This document shows positions 17,804 through 28,161 of a stretch of DNA of 64,000 nucleotides, one piece after another. The translations under genes and the position numbers were made by a program. The first letter of the stretch is position 1. Each line of letters opens with the position of its first letter. The notes under the pieces were generated by a model. That model was not told the DNA's origin. It saw only the letters and a list, made by a program, of their open reading frames with translations, and did no database searches. The DNA is from a bacterium (GTDB taxonomy: Bacteria > UBA8248): the NCBI GenBank assembly GCA_965213625.1, contig CBDBZU010000004.1:512001-576000 (forward strand), written 5' to 3'.

Positions 17804-17984
17804 GTAGGGACAAGGTCGCGACCTGTCCTCCCTACCTCTAAAAAACGACCGACCAGTCTGAGGGCGAGACTTCGTCTTAGAAGGAATACGGAAAAACCAG
17901 AAATCTCAGAGAAGCGGTGACGAGCCACCAGTAGGGGCGGACACATGGGTCTGTGGGACAGCCCCGAGAAGGGGCTGTCACTAC
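17804..17984. repeat. Two REP-like units (17804-17835, 17931-17984)
   Basis: GTAGGGACAAGGTCGCGACCTGTCC…CTAC and GTAGGGGCGGAC…GACAGCCCCGAGAAGGGGCTGTCACTAC. Confidence 0.6.
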
Positions 17985-18009
17985 GGAATCGAAGATTGTC
18001 GGGGCTGAC

Positions 18010-19740
18010 CTAATCCATCCTTACATATTCATGCGCGCGGAAGGGAACGCCCAGCTCCTCGGTCGCCACCTTCTCGCAGGCTTCGATGTCGATGAGGCCG
18101 TTCATTTGCACGGCCGTCACCTCCACCTCGGGGATGTAGTTCTTGGACCAGCGGACGAATTCCTTGACCAGCGGGTAGGGCTCTTCGATGTCCTTGGTCT
18201 TGCAGATTTTCGCATAAGCCTCCGGGCTTTCCGCCTGCATGCTGATGGAAATCGCGTCCACCAAGCCGCCCAGTTCGGGTAGAATGTTTCGCTCGTGCGT
18301 CTTGTTCGCGAGCCCGTTCGTCACCAGGCGGATCCGCTTGGCGCCGCGGCGCTTGAGTTCGCTCGCCACCTCCTTCACCACGTCGAGGCGGAGCGTCGGC
18401 TCGCCGAATCCGCTGAACACGACTTCCTCGAAGCGCGACGGGTCGCCGGCAGCGGCGAGCACCTCGCCTGCGTCGGGTTCCGCCTGAAGCGTCAGGTTGT
18501 GCCCCTTGTAGACGCAATCGCTCAGCAGGCCGCAGAAAAAACACGAATTCTGGCAATCGTTCGTGATGTTGAGGTAGAGCGTATCGCCGACCGGGTAGGC
18601 GACACCACCCTCCGCGCGCGGCGGTCCCACGCCGAACAGGCGGCGCACGTTCTCCGTGGTGAGGCGCGTTACTGCTTCCGTCGACATCCCGTGGAGTTCG
18701 CCCAAAGTCTCCGCCACGCGCGCGACGTAGGCCGGCTCGTTCCGCTTGCCCCGGTGCGGCGGCGGGGCGAGATAGGGGCTGTCCGTCTCGAGCAGCACGC
18801 GCTCGATGGGGATGCGCTCAAAAACTTCGCGGAGTTCTTCCGAGCGCGAAAAGGTGATGGCCCCGCCCGCGCCCAGGTGAAAATCGATGTCCAGGAATTT
18901 CCGTGCCTGCTCGTCATCGCCCGTGAAGCAGTGGATGACGCCGCCCGCGCGCCACGCCCTTTCTTTTTCCAATATCTCATAGACGTCATCCGCCGAGTCC
19001 CTGCAATGGACGACGATGGGCTTTTTCACCTCGACGGCCAGCCGGATTTGCTCCCGAAACCACTTGCGCTGGGCCTTGCGCGGGGCGCCTTCGCGGTAGT
19101 AGTCCAGCCCGATCTCGCCGATGGCGACCGCTTTGGGATCTTCCGCGAGTTTTGCGATATCCCTGATGATTCGCTCGTTCACGTCCTTTACGTCGCTCGG
19201 ATGCACGCCAACCGCCGCGTAGACGCCCGCGTAGGATGCCGCGAGGTCGAGGGTCAGACGGCTCGACTCCAGGCAGGTGCCCATCGATATGATGTAGTGC
19301 ACCCCCTCCTCGATGGCGCGCTCCACCGCCCCCTGACGGTCCGGGTCGAACGCCTTGTCGATGAGATGCGCGTGGGTGTCCACCAAAACAGGCAGGCCGT
19401 CCGTTTCGGGCAGATCGGCGATGATGACCTGGGGTTTCGGCCTTTGCCTCCGCTCCCCGCGCGAGCGGTTCCTTCCCTTGCGCCCGCCTCGCCTGCGGCG
19501 AGACTCGTTTTCGCGCGAGCTGCCGCTTTCAGGGCGCTGGGCGGCTTTCTCCCCGTTTTGCTTCTGCGCGGCCGGTTCGGTTTTCGCGGATGTAGTCTGC
19601 CGATCTTTGTTTTCCGGGCGTTTCCCTCCCCTTCGACCGCGTCTCCTTCTGCGGCGATTGGGGCGTCCCTTTCTTTCCTGACCTGAGGAAGAGTCCTTAT
19701 CGCCGGATGAATCCGGCGCGGATTCGGATGATTCGTTCAC
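18010..19740 (-). CDS. tatD: TatD DNase fused to TatD-associated radical SAM domain, with Arg-rich N-terminal extension
   Basis: DTHAHL, GVHP, GEIGLDY, HCR, HCF, ETDSPYL; then LYLNITNDCQNSCFFC (CxxxCxxC) and VFSGFGEP. Confidence 0.9.
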   Translation of the reverse strand: MNESSESAPDSSGDKDSSSGQERKGRPNRRRRRRGRRGGKRPENKDRQTTSAKTEPAAQKQNGEKAAQRPESGSSRENESRRRRGGRKGRNRSRGERRQRPKPQVIIADLPETDGLPVLVDTHAHLIDKAFDPDRQGAVERAIEEGVHYIISMGTCLESSRLTLDLAASYAGVYAAVGVHPSDVKDVNERIIRDIAKLAEDPKAVAIGEIGLDYYREGAPRKAQRKWFREQIRLAVEVKKPIVVHCRDSADDVYEILEKERAWRAGGVIHCFTGDDEQARKFLDIDFHLGAGGAITFSRSEELREVFERIPIERVLLETDSPYLAPPPHRGKRNEPAYVARVAETLGELHGMSTEAVTRLTTENVRRLFGVGPPRAEGGVAYPVGDTLYLNITNDCQNSCFFCGLLSDCVYKGHNLTLQAEPDAGEVLAAAGDPSRFEEVVFSGFGEPTLRLDVVKEVASELKRRGAKRIRLVTNGLANKTHERNILPELGGLVDAISISMQAESPEAYAKICKTKDIEEPYPLVKEFVRWSKNYIPEVEVTAVQMNGLIDIEACEKVATEELGVPFRAHEYVRMD

Positions 19741-19779
19741 TCCACAAACTCCAATTCTTCCGGGCGGGGCAACTTGTCG

Positions 19780-21729
19780 CTATCGGACCGGCGCGCCCGG
19801 GGTCACAGTCTCGTCCAAGCCCACGAGCACGAGCTCCTTGCCATCTTCGGCGGCGAGCACCATGCCCTGGGATTCCACGCCCATGAGCTTGGCGGGCGCG
19901 AGGTTGGCCACCAGTATCACCTTGCGGTTCACCAAATCCTCGGGCGCGTAGTGTTTCGCCAGACCCGCCACGACGGTCCGGGTTTCCTCGCCTAAGGAAA
20001 CGGTGAGCTTGAGCAGGTTTTTCGACTTGGGAATGCGCTCGGCCTCCAGCACATGCGCGGCGCGCAAATCCATTTTTTGGAATTCTTCGAAAGATATCTG
20101 TTCCTTCTCATCCTCTGCGGGCGCGGCCTCTTCACCGCTCGCGATTCGCTTGGCCACCTTCTCTTGTATGGCCTCTTTCGCCTCATCCTCGATGCGCGGG
20201 AAAAGAGGGTCGCCCAGATTGGTGACCAGTTCCTCCGGCAAACCGCGCATATCCATCAATTCCGCATAAGGCGCGCTCGTCCAGTCCTCGGCCAGCCCGA
20301 TCTGCGCCCCTATATTCAGCGCGGAAGCGGGCATGACGGGCGAAATCATGGCCGCGACGACGCGAATCGAAGCCACGGCGTGCCAGAGCACCGAACACAG
20401 GCGGGCCTCGTCGCCCTCTTTGGCGAGCGTCCAGGGGGCGTTCGTGTCGATGTATTTGTTCGCGCAGGAAATCACCTCCCAGGCGGCCCTCAGGCCGTGC
20501 TGGAAGTGGGTGGCCGACATGCCGCGCTCGTATTTCTCGGCCGCCTCGGCGACGAATTCGCAAAACGCGCTCTCCGCCTCGGTATCGCCCGCTTCGGAGT
20601 GTTCGAGACGGCCCTCCCTGTAGAGCTTCACCATGTTCAGGGTCCGGTGGAGCAGGTTGCCGAGATCGTTCGCCAAATCGCTGTTGATGCGGTCGATCAG
20701 CGCGCCATGGGAGAAATCGCCGTCCAGCCCGAAGGGTATCTCCTTGAGCAGGAAATAGCGGATGGCGTCGACGCCGTATTCCTCGATCAGCCAGTGCGGG
20801 TCGACCGCATTGCCCAGGCTCTTGGACATCTTCTGGCCCTCGATCGTCCACCACCCGTGGCTGAAGACCTGGCCCGGCAGGGGAACGCCTGCGGAGAGCA
20901 GGAAGGCGGGCCAGTAGACCGCGTGAAACCTCAGGATGTCCTTGCCGATGAAGTGCTGGTCCGTCGGCCAGGGGCTTCCCTCGCGAACCCCCTCCTCATC
21001 GAAGCCCGGCGCGGTCAGGTAGTTGCTCAGCGCGTCGAACCACACGTAGATCACATGGCTTTCATCCCCCGGTACGGGGATTCCCCACTGGAAGCTCGTG
21101 CGCGAGAGGGAGAGGTCCTTGAGACCGCCGCGCACGAAGCTCATCACTTCGTTTCTGCGGCTCTCGGGCTGAACGAACTGGGGGTATTTTTCATAGTGCT
21201 CGAGGAGCGGCTCGGCGTACTTGCTCAGGCGGAAGAAATAGCTCGGCTCCTCCACCCATTCGACCTCGGCGCCCGTGGGCCCGAGCTTTTTGCCGTCCGG
21301 AGTCTCGGTGAGCTCGCTCTCGGTGTAGAATGCCTCGTCGCGGACGGCATACCAACCGGCGTATGCGCCCAGGTAGATGTCGCCCGCCGCCTCCACGCGC
21401 CGCCAGAGCTCCTGCACGCCGCGAATGTGGCGCTCCTCCGTCGTGCGGATGTAGTCGTCATAGGAGATGTCGAGCTTCTCCCAGAGCTCGCGGAACTTCG
21501 CGCTGTTCATGTCGCAGAACGCCAGGGGGTCCATGCCAGCCTCGCGGGCCGCGCGCTCCAGCTTCTGTCCGTGCTCGTCGGTTCCCGTGAGAAACTGCGT
21601 CGGCTCACCGCGCAGCCTGTGGAAGCGCGCCTTGGCGTCGCACGCCACCGTCGTGTAGGCGTGTCCGAGGTGCGGCTTGTCGTTGACGTAATATATCGGC
21701 GTGGAGACGTAAAAAGGTTTCTTGCTCAT
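19780..21729 (-). CDS. metG: Methionine--tRNA ligase
   Basis: PIYYVN…HLGH, GTDEHG, YVWFDAL, KMSKS, C-terminal tRNA-binding domain. Confidence 0.97.
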   Translation of the reverse strand: MSKKPFYVSTPIYYVNDKPHLGHAYTTVACDAKARFHRLRGEPTQFLTGTDEHGQKLERAAREAGMDPLAFCDMNSAKFRELWEKLDISYDDYIRTTEERHIRGVQELWRRVEAAGDIYLGAYAGWYAVRDEAFYTESELTETPDGKKLGPTGAEVEWVEEPSYFFRLSKYAEPLLEHYEKYPQFVQPESRRNEVMSFVRGGLKDLSLSRTSFQWGIPVPGDESHVIYVWFDALSNYLTAPGFDEEGVREGSPWPTDQHFIGKDILRFHAVYWPAFLLSAGVPLPGQVFSHGWWTIEGQKMSKSLGNAVDPHWLIEEYGVDAIRYFLLKEIPFGLDGDFSHGALIDRINSDLANDLGNLLHRTLNMVKLYREGRLEHSEAGDTEAESAFCEFVAEAAEKYERGMSATHFQHGLRAAWEVISCANKYIDTNAPWTLAKEGDEARLCSVLWHAVASIRVVAAMISPVMPASALNIGAQIGLAEDWTSAPYAELMDMRGLPEELVTNLGDPLFPRIEDEAKEAIQEKVAKRIASGEEAAPAEDEKEQISFEEFQKMDLRAAHVLEAERIPKSKNLLKLTVSLGEETRTVVAGLAKHYAPEDLVNRKVILVANLAPAKLMGVESQGMVLAAEDGKELVLVGLDETVTPGAPVR

Positions 21730-22664
21730 CGCTTCGGGCCATTTCCCTTGGGTAAGACGTCGAGGGACGTATCGTTCTCGACGGCGGTTTTAAGAGAAAA
21801 CTGGCCCGTGGGCAAGCGCATCAAGTCCTCCGCGTGAACCGTCATGAAATCTCCGGTCTCGAGGGCGAGGGTCACCTCTTCCTTGAGCAGGTCCTGGCGC
21901 ACGACGGTCGCGCCGCAGTCGCAGCCGCCGACCTTCTTCTTACACGCGGGCAACTTCTTCTTCACCGACACGTAGTGAGAATGCTCGAATCGGAGGCAGC
22001 ACTTGAGCCGCCCGCAGCCGCCGGAGAGCTTGACGGGGTTCAGGCTCAGGTTCTGATCCTTCGCCATACGGACGGAAATGGGGTCGAACGACTTGAGAAA
22101 GGAGCTGCAGCAATAGGTGCGGCCGCAATCCCCGCAACCGCCCTTCATGCCCGCCTCGTCGCGCACGCCGATCTGGCGCATCTCCACGCGGACGGACAGG
22201 CGCTCGGCGAGCACCCGCACCAGCTTGCGGAAGTCCACGCGTCCGTCGGAGGAGAAGTAAAACGTCGCCTTCTTGTTCGAGTGAATGTAGCGGACCTCGA
22301 CGAGGCGCATCGGCAGCTTGAGTTCGGATATCTTCATCCGGCAAAAATCATAGGCGTTCTTCTCGTTCGCCTCGGTACGGACCACCTTTTTCTCGTCATC
22401 CTCGGTGGCTACCCGCAGCACCTCGGGGAGGGATTCGGGATAATAGCGCGAATCCATGACCCGGGGGTTTTCGGATATCTCGCCGAACTCCGTATCCCCG
22501 TCATTGCTCCTGACCATGACCTTCGTGCCGACCCGAAGGCGCAATTCCCCGTAGGTGTGGTGCACCGGCCGCGCGCCGAAGCGCGTCTTGACCCCGACAA
22601 CGCCGATTTTGCGCGTCTCGGGCGGCGCCTCGACGGCGATGCCGCCATTCGATGTATCACTCAT
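21726..22664 (-). CDS. PSP1/YaaT (RicT) family protein
   Basis: RVDFRKLV, EMRQIGVRDEA…GGCGDCGR..CC, LSLNPVKLSGGCGRLKCCLRFE; holB-PSP1-metG synteny. Confidence 0.9.
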   Translation of the reverse strand: MSDTSNGGIAVEAPPETRKIGVVGVKTRFGARPVHHTYGELRLRVGTKVMVRSNDGDTEFGEISENPRVMDSRYYPESLPEVLRVATEDDEKKVVRTEANEKNAYDFCRMKISELKLPMRLVEVRYIHSNKKATFYFSSDGRVDFRKLVRVLAERLSVRVEMRQIGVRDEAGMKGGCGDCGRTYCCSSFLKSFDPISVRMAKDQNLSLNPVKLSGGCGRLKCCLRFEHSHYVSVKKKLPACKKKVGGCDCGATVVRQDLLKEEVTLALETGDFMTVHAEDLMRLPTGQFSLKTAVENDTSLDVLPKGNGPKR

Positions 22665-22673
22665 TCTTTCACC

Positions 22674-23699
22674 TCAAACCCCGGCGGGGACCGTCTCCCG
22701 CAGGGAATATACCAGAGTCTCGAGCGTCAGGGACGGGTTGGTATTCCCGCCGTCCACGTCGCGCATGGCCTCCCCCACCCTTTCCAGTGCCTTGGTGAGG
22801 CCTGCGCTTCCCCAGCGCTCTCCCATGGCGGCCAACGCCGCCCGTATGTCCGTGTGCCACAATTCTATCGCCTCGGGCGCTTCCTGGGTGATGAGTATAT
22901 CGCGAAGCAGCCCGCGAAGCATTTCCAAAAAGAGAATTGTTTCGTTTCTGCCCGAAGCCCCGCTGCCCGCCCGCTCGGAAGCGAGCGTGATGAGGGTCAC
23001 CTCGTCCGCCCGGCCCGCCGGCGCGCTCAACTCCTCCAGGAACCGCATCGCCTCGTCCCGGCGCTCAGCGAGGTCCTCGACGTCGGCAGACATGGCGACA
23101 CCCAGCCTGCCCATGCTGAGGGAGACGAGCTTTTCCACGTCCGCGCCCTCCTCCCCGATACGCTCATCGAGGATGGCGGCAATATCCGCGCGCGCCAGGG
23201 CCTGGAACCTGAGCCTCCTGCAGCGCGAGATGATCGTCGGCAGCAGGGTGTGGAGGTTCGGCGTCACGAGCATCAAAATCGTGTCTGCGCTCGGCTCTTC
23301 CAGCGTCTTGAGCAGGGTGTTCTGGCTCACCCGCGTCAGCATGTGCGCGTCATCGATGATGAAGACCTGCCGCATCCCCTCGTTCGGACGCTGATGCGTG
23401 CGCCGGATCACTTCCTCTCGAACGGACTCCACCTTGATGGAGCGCGACCCCGCTACCGGACCGATGGAGACGACGTCGGGGTGTACGTTCGTGAGCACCT
23501 TCTCACACGCCGCGCACTTCCCGCACGGCGGCGCATCGCCTGCGCACTGCAATGCCTGGGCGAAAAGGCGCGCCGCGCTCGCCTTGCCGACCCCGTCGGG
23601 GCCATAAAACAGATAAGCGCCCGCCACCTGTCCCGAAGTCAAGTCCCTTCGCAGCAGGTCTAGGGCCGCGTCCTGGCCGCGGATGGATTCCCAGCCCAT
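22674..23699 (-). CDS. holB: DNA polymerase III delta' subunit
   Basis: AYLFYGPDGVGK, zinc finger C..PCGKCAAC, HPD, LLKTLEEP, TIISRC. Confidence 0.95.
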   Translation of the reverse strand: MGWESIRGQDAALDLLRRDLTSGQVAGAYLFYGPDGVGKASAARLFAQALQCAGDAPPCGKCAACEKVLTNVHPDVVSIGPVAGSRSIKVESVREEVIRRTHQRPNEGMRQVFIIDDAHMLTRVSQNTLLKTLEEPSADTILMLVTPNLHTLLPTIISRCRRLRFQALARADIAAILDERIGEEGADVEKLVSLSMGRLGVAMSADVEDLAERRDEAMRFLEELSAPAGRADEVTLITLASERAGSGASGRNETILFLEMLRGLLRDILITQEAPEAIELWHTDIRAALAAMGERWGSAGLTKALERVGEAMRDVDGGNTNPSLTLETLVYSLRETVPAGV

Positions 23700-24313
23700 T
23701 CGAATCTTTCCTTCACGATGGCTACTACTTTCTCGTGCACCGGCTCAATCGCGCCCTCGCCCAGCACGCGGAAACGACCGGGCTCTCGCTTCGCCAGCGC
23801 CTCGAAACCCGCCTGCACCTTGCGGTGAAACGCCAGGCTCTCGCCCTCGAGCCTATCGCCCGCGCTTTCTCCGCGCGCGCGACCAAGACCTTCCTCAAGC
23901 GGTACGGAGAACAACAACGTCAGGTCGGGAACGAGCCCCCCGCTCGCCATGCGGTTCAGCTCCAGCACCATCTCTTCGTCCAGACCCCGTCCGAACGCCT
24001 GGTACGCCGTGGTGGAATCGTAGAACCGATCGCAGAGAACGTTGGCGCCTGCCTCTAGCGCCGGTCGAATCGCCTCGCTCACGTGCTGCGCCCTGTCAGC
24101 CTCGTAGAGCAGGAGCTCCGTCGCGGTGTCGAGACCTTCATCACGCGGCGTGAGAAGCAACTCGCGAATTCCCTCACCGACCTTTGTGCCGCCGGGCTCA
24201 CGCGTCGCGACGACGGGGAGGCCCGCTTCTTCCATCCATGTCCGCAGGCGCGCCAACTGAGTCGACTTACCGCAACCTTCCACACCCTCGAACGTGATGA
24301 AACGACCCCGCAT
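23660..24313 (-). CDS. tmk: Thymidylate kinase
   Basis: FITFEGVEGCGKST, TREPGG, CDRFYDSTTAYQ. Confidence 0.96.
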   Translation of the reverse strand: MRGRFITFEGVEGCGKSTQLARLRTWMEEAGLPVVATREPGGTKVGEGIRELLLTPRDEGLDTATELLLYEADRAQHVSEAIRPALEAGANVLCDRFYDSTTAYQAFGRGLDEEMVLELNRMASGGLVPDLTLLFSVPLEEGLGRARGESAGDRLEGESLAFHRKVQAGFEALAKREPGRFRVLGEGAIEPVHEKVVAIVKERFEWAGNPSAARTRP

Positions 24314-24387
24314 CGGCAAATTCTCCCGCAGATTCTCGCGCAACACCTTACCACAACCCGCTCATGGAGCGGACGATGCGCGCGCGA

Positions 24388-25767
24388 TCAACTCCCGTCC
24401 AGTTTCCGGTAAATGGTGCGCGTGGCTATTCCCAGGATGCGTGCGGCGGCGCTCTTGTCGCCGCCCGTATGACGGAGAGTTTCCAGAATGACCCGCCGCT
24501 CGACTTCCGCGAGCGGGGTGCCGACTTCGAGGTTGATGAGCGGGGAGTCCGAAGCCACGGACTGTTCACCGTTCGTGGACTCGCCCCGGGCGATTTGCGC
24601 AGGCAGATCGTCCACCGAGAGAATCTCCCCCCGGCTCAGCACCACGGCGCGCTCCACCATATTTTCGAGTTCGCGCACGTTTCCTGGCCAATGGTAGTTC
24701 GACATCGCATCGAGCGCCTCGCGAGAAAACGCGAGAATGGACCGGTTGTTCTTCGCGGCGAAGCGCTGGAGGAAGTGCTCGGCGAGCAGCGGAATGTCAC
24801 TGCGCCTATCCCTCAGGGCGGGCATCTGGATGGTGATCACGTTCAGGCGGTAGTAGAGATCCTCGCGAAACCTCTTATCGGTCACGGCGGATTGCAAGTC
24901 CACGTTCGTGGAGGCCACGATTCGCGCGTCCACCTTCAAAGTCTGCGTCCCGCCGACGCGCTCGAATTCTCCCTCTTGCAGGACGCGGAGAATCTTCGGC
25001 TGCAAAACGAGGGGCATGTCCCCGATTTCATCGAGAAACAACGTGCCCTCGTGCGCGAGCCTGAAGCGCCCCTCCTTGCGGCTCACCGCGCCCGTGAACG
25101 CCCCGCGCTCGTAGCCGAACAGTTCGCTCTCGAGGAGCGTATCGGGAAGAGCAGCGCAGTTCACCTTCACCATCGCCTTGCCCGCCCGCTCGCTACCTTC
25201 GTGCAGGGCGCTCGCCACCAGTTCCTTGCCCGTTCCGCTCTCACCCAGAATCAGGACCGATGCGGAGGTGGGCGCGACCTGGCGAACCATGTCCTTCACC
25301 CGGCGAATCGAGGGGTGGTCCCCCATCATGCCCGATGTGTCTCTCAGGCTCTGGAGCTGCGCCCGCAAATCCGCGTTCTCGCGCATGAGGGCCTGTTTTT
25401 CCAGGGCCTTGTCTATCGCCTTGAGTACGACCACGCGCTCCAGGGGCTTGGTCAGAAAGTCATACGCCCCCTCTCGCATCGCCTCCACGGCCGACTCGAT
25501 GCTCCCTGCGCCGGAAATCAGGATCACTTCCGTATCCGGGCTTACGCGCTTCACCTCCTTCAGCAAACCGATGCCGTCCATCCCGGGCATTCTGAGATCG
25601 GTGATCACCAGATTTACGGGTTCGGCGCCGAACATTTCGGCGGCGGTTTCCGCATCGTGCGCCATGTCGACGTCGAATCCCTCCTTGGCGATCATCTTCT
25701 GGAGAGCTTCGCGGCTGCCGCGCTTGTCGTCCACTACCATCACGCGCGCTCCGGCGTGGTCACTCAT
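24388..25767 (-). CDS. Sigma54-dependent response regulator (NtrC/AtoC family)
   Basis: REC domain (VDD, TDLRMP, KP), GESGTGKE, GAFTGA, C-terminal Fis HTH. Confidence 0.95.
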   Translation of the reverse strand: MSDHAGARVMVVDDKRGSREALQKMIAKEGFDVDMAHDAETAAEMFGAEPVNLVITDLRMPGMDGIGLLKEVKRVSPDTEVILISGAGSIESAVEAMREGAYDFLTKPLERVVVLKAIDKALEKQALMRENADLRAQLQSLRDTSGMMGDHPSIRRVKDMVRQVAPTSASVLILGESGTGKELVASALHEGSERAGKAMVKVNCAALPDTLLESELFGYERGAFTGAVSRKEGRFRLAHEGTLFLDEIGDMPLVLQPKILRVLQEGEFERVGGTQTLKVDARIVASTNVDLQSAVTDKRFREDLYYRLNVITIQMPALRDRRSDIPLLAEHFLQRFAAKNNRSILAFSREALDAMSNYHWPGNVRELENMVERAVVLSRGEILSVDDLPAQIARGESTNGEQSVASDSPLINLEVGTPLAEVERRVILETLRHTGGDKSAAARILGIATRTIYRKLDGS

Positions 25768-27992
25768 GATTTCGCCTCCTGCGCAACCGGGAGCGGGAGT
25801 TCGACGACGAAGGTAGCGCCTGCCCCCTCCTCGCTTTCGAAATCTATGCTCCCGTTATGGTCGGTGATGATTTGGCGGCTCAACACGAGGCCGAGGCCGG
25901 TTCCGTCCGCCTTCGTCGTGAAAAACGGCGTGAACAAAGAGGCCTGCTCCTCGAGGCTGATGCCCTTGCCGCTGTCTGATATACGGATGGCGAGGTGCTG
26001 GTTTTCGAGTTCCGTCTTTACCATGAGTCGCCCGCCGTCAGGCATCGCGTCGAAGCCGTTCAGGATGAGATTCTGAATTGCGACGCGCATTTGCGTTTCG
26101 TCCAGGACCACTTCGGGGATGTCCCTTTCAAACTCTTTATCGATTTGAATTTTTCTACTCACCGCCACTTCCGAATGCAGGTCCAATAAATCCTCGAGCA
26201 ACTCGTTGCAGTCTACCGCGGTTCTTTCCAGGCTGGGCATCCGCACGAATTTGAGATAATCGGCCGTCACCTGCCTGAGGATATCCACCTCCGCCCTCAC
26301 GGATTTAAGCAGCGTCCATGCCTCGGAGGTATCCGCCTCCTTGAATTGAGACAACTCATCGCCGAGCAACTCCGCGCTCAGGTTGATGGTCGAGAGCGGA
26401 TTGCGTATGGAATGCGCCACCTGCTCGCTCATTTTGCCGACGATCGAGAGCCTCTCGCTCTGGAGAACCTCATTTTCGAGCGCCTTGCGCTCGGTCACGT
26501 CCTTCAAATACAAAATCACTTGGAGCGTCGCTCCCGAGGCGTCGAGAATCGGATAGGTATAGTATTCCATCTCCATCCGGCGCCCATCTTCCCACGAAAT
26601 CGATTTTTCGAAAAAGCCCGGCTCGCCGGTCGCGAACGTGTCGACCACAATGGATCGCTCGACAAAAGACTCCGGCACAGCGGTAAGCGGCGATTCTTCC
26701 CATTTCTGGTCCAGCAAATCGGACGTCTCGCGACCGAAAAGCCTGCCCATCGAGCGGTTGAGCATTCGGATGCGGAAATCCTTGTCCAGAATGCCGATGG
26801 CGTCCGTGATCCCGTCGAAAAGCGCCTGGAGGCGCCTGTTGCTCTCCAGCACCTGCTCGGACCAGTGGATTCTGTCCTCGGCCCTTATGCGCCTGCGCTC
26901 GCGGTCGAGTATCAAAAGAGCGGCCAGAATCAAGGCGACGAACCCGAAAGCCGTCAGCAGCAACCCTTTTCGGAACAAGCCTCCGATCAACCCGACGAAC
27001 TCGGTGGAGGGCGCCGTTAGGGTGAAAGTCCATTTCTCCTCCCCGACCGGGAAGTTGCTGAAAGCCGTCAGGTATCGCATGCGTTTTTCTTGTTTCGCAG
27101 GCCTGAGGTCGAGGTGCCAGTCGAAACCATTCACTTCTTTCTTCATGCGCTCGGCGAGTTTTTCGAGTCTCCCATCACCCAGTTCATGCGCGAGGGTGGA
27201 CAATTTCACGCCCTCCAGCCGGGGAATCCCCGGAGGGAGGATAATTCTGCCCTCCGCGTCCACGAGCCAAGCCCGCTCCCGGCCTCCCGATTGAACGGGC
27301 TCGACGAAGGCGCGCACCAGATCCGCCATGGAAATTCGCGCGTAGAGCCAGTCGCGTATCCGCTGCGCCTCGGATACTTCGGTTCCGTCCCTTTTGGACT
27401 CCACCGGCGCCGCCACGAACAGGGAGGATACCCTTTGGGCTTCTTCGCGAATCACGAGGATACAGGCGCCTTGCGACAAGGGGCAGCTCGCCAGTTTTTC
27501 GAGGTATTCCTTGGGAATCGCGTCGCCTGGCGCGTGGCCGCCCTGCAGATAGCCCAGCTCGCTCACGCGAAACCTCCCGCCCAGCCTCTCGTACAGACCC
27601 ATCATCACCGCCATACGTCCTGGATGATCGGGTTCGATGGTGCGCAGAAACCCTGCGCTGTAGCGCAAAGTCGCCGTGAGTGCCTCCAGGAACGAGGCGA
27701 TCCTGTCGCCGGCCTGCTCCACGAGAAGGAGTTGACGGCGGTTGGATCTTTCCTCTATCTCGACCTTGGTGTCTACGTAGATCCGGTAAGAGAGAAAACT
27801 CAATATCACTATCAGAACGAACGTGGCGCCTATCGTGCAGTACTGGAACTTCTGGTTCGCCCGGCGCGACTGGGCGATGCGCGAGCGCGCCGAATCCCCG
27901 GTTTCATAGACTGTCCCGGCGTTCGGCGGTGTGCGCCGTACGAGCAATCGTCTCGCAACAGACCGAAAGGCTCTCGTCCATGCGTTCGGCAT
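25764..27992 (-). CDS. Membrane sensor histidine kinase (periplasmic sensor + PAS + HisKA + HATPase)
   Basis: Two TM segments, VAHSIRNPL, NLILNGFDA, DSGKGI, FTPFFTTK, GTGLGL. Start codon uncertain. Confidence 0.9.
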   Translation of the reverse strand: MPNAWTRAFRSVARRLLVRRTPPNAGTVYETGDSARSRIAQSRRANQKFQYCTIGATFVLIVILSFLSYRIYVDTKVEIEERSNRRQLLLVEQAGDRIASFLEALTATLRYSAGFLRTIEPDHPGRMAVMMGLYERLGGRFRVSELGYLQGGHAPGDAIPKEYLEKLASCPLSQGACILVIREEAQRVSSLFVAAPVESKRDGTEVSEAQRIRDWLYARISMADLVRAFVEPVQSGGRERAWLVDAEGRIILPPGIPRLEGVKLSTLAHELGDGRLEKLAERMKKEVNGFDWHLDLRPAKQEKRMRYLTAFSNFPVGEEKWTFTLTAPSTEFVGLIGGLFRKGLLLTAFGFVALILAALLILDRERRRIRAEDRIHWSEQVLESNRRLQALFDGITDAIGILDKDFRIRMLNRSMGRLFGRETSDLLDQKWEESPLTAVPESFVERSIVVDTFATGEPGFFEKSISWEDGRRMEMEYYTYPILDASGATLQVILYLKDVTERKALENEVLQSERLSIVGKMSEQVAHSIRNPLSTINLSAELLGDELSQFKEADTSEAWTLLKSVRAEVDILRQVTADYLKFVRMPSLERTAVDCNELLEDLLDLHSEVAVSRKIQIDKEFERDIPEVVLDETQMRVAIQNLILNGFDAMPDGGRLMVKTELENQHLAIRISDSGKGISLEEQASLFTPFFTTKADGTGLGLVLSRQIITDHNGSIDFESEEGAGATFVVELPLPVAQEAKS

Positions 27993-28098
27993 CGGATTTC
28001 CTCGGAAAATTGGCGGCTTTCGCTCCACCCCGGCAGCGGACTCCATGATTTTGCGTAGCGGGGTCCGAAAACCCTTTCCCCGCCCCGGCGCGGTCCGC

Positions 28099-28127
28099 TT
28101 GACACGGGAAAAATCCCCCCATATCTT
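28099..28127 (+). promoter_or_regulatory. Sigma70 promoter of hrcA
   Basis: TTGACA-N17-TATCTT. Confidence 0.75.
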
Positions 28128-28134
28128 GCATAAA

Positions 28135-28161
28135 TTAGCACTCCGTACGCCGGAGTGCCAC
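28135..28161. promoter_or_regulatory. CIRCE operator
   Basis: TTAGCACTC-N9-GAGTGCCAC (consensus TTAGCACTC-N9-GAGTGCTAA) directly upstream of hrcA. Confidence 0.93.

Noticed and set aside
12225-28058. Long + strand ORFs antisense to lhr, tatD, metG, holB and the two-component genes (e.g. 20053-21837, 21834-23663, 24364-26076)
   Set aside because: Shadow ORFs expected in high-GC coding DNA; they fully overlap well-supported genes and lack motifs.
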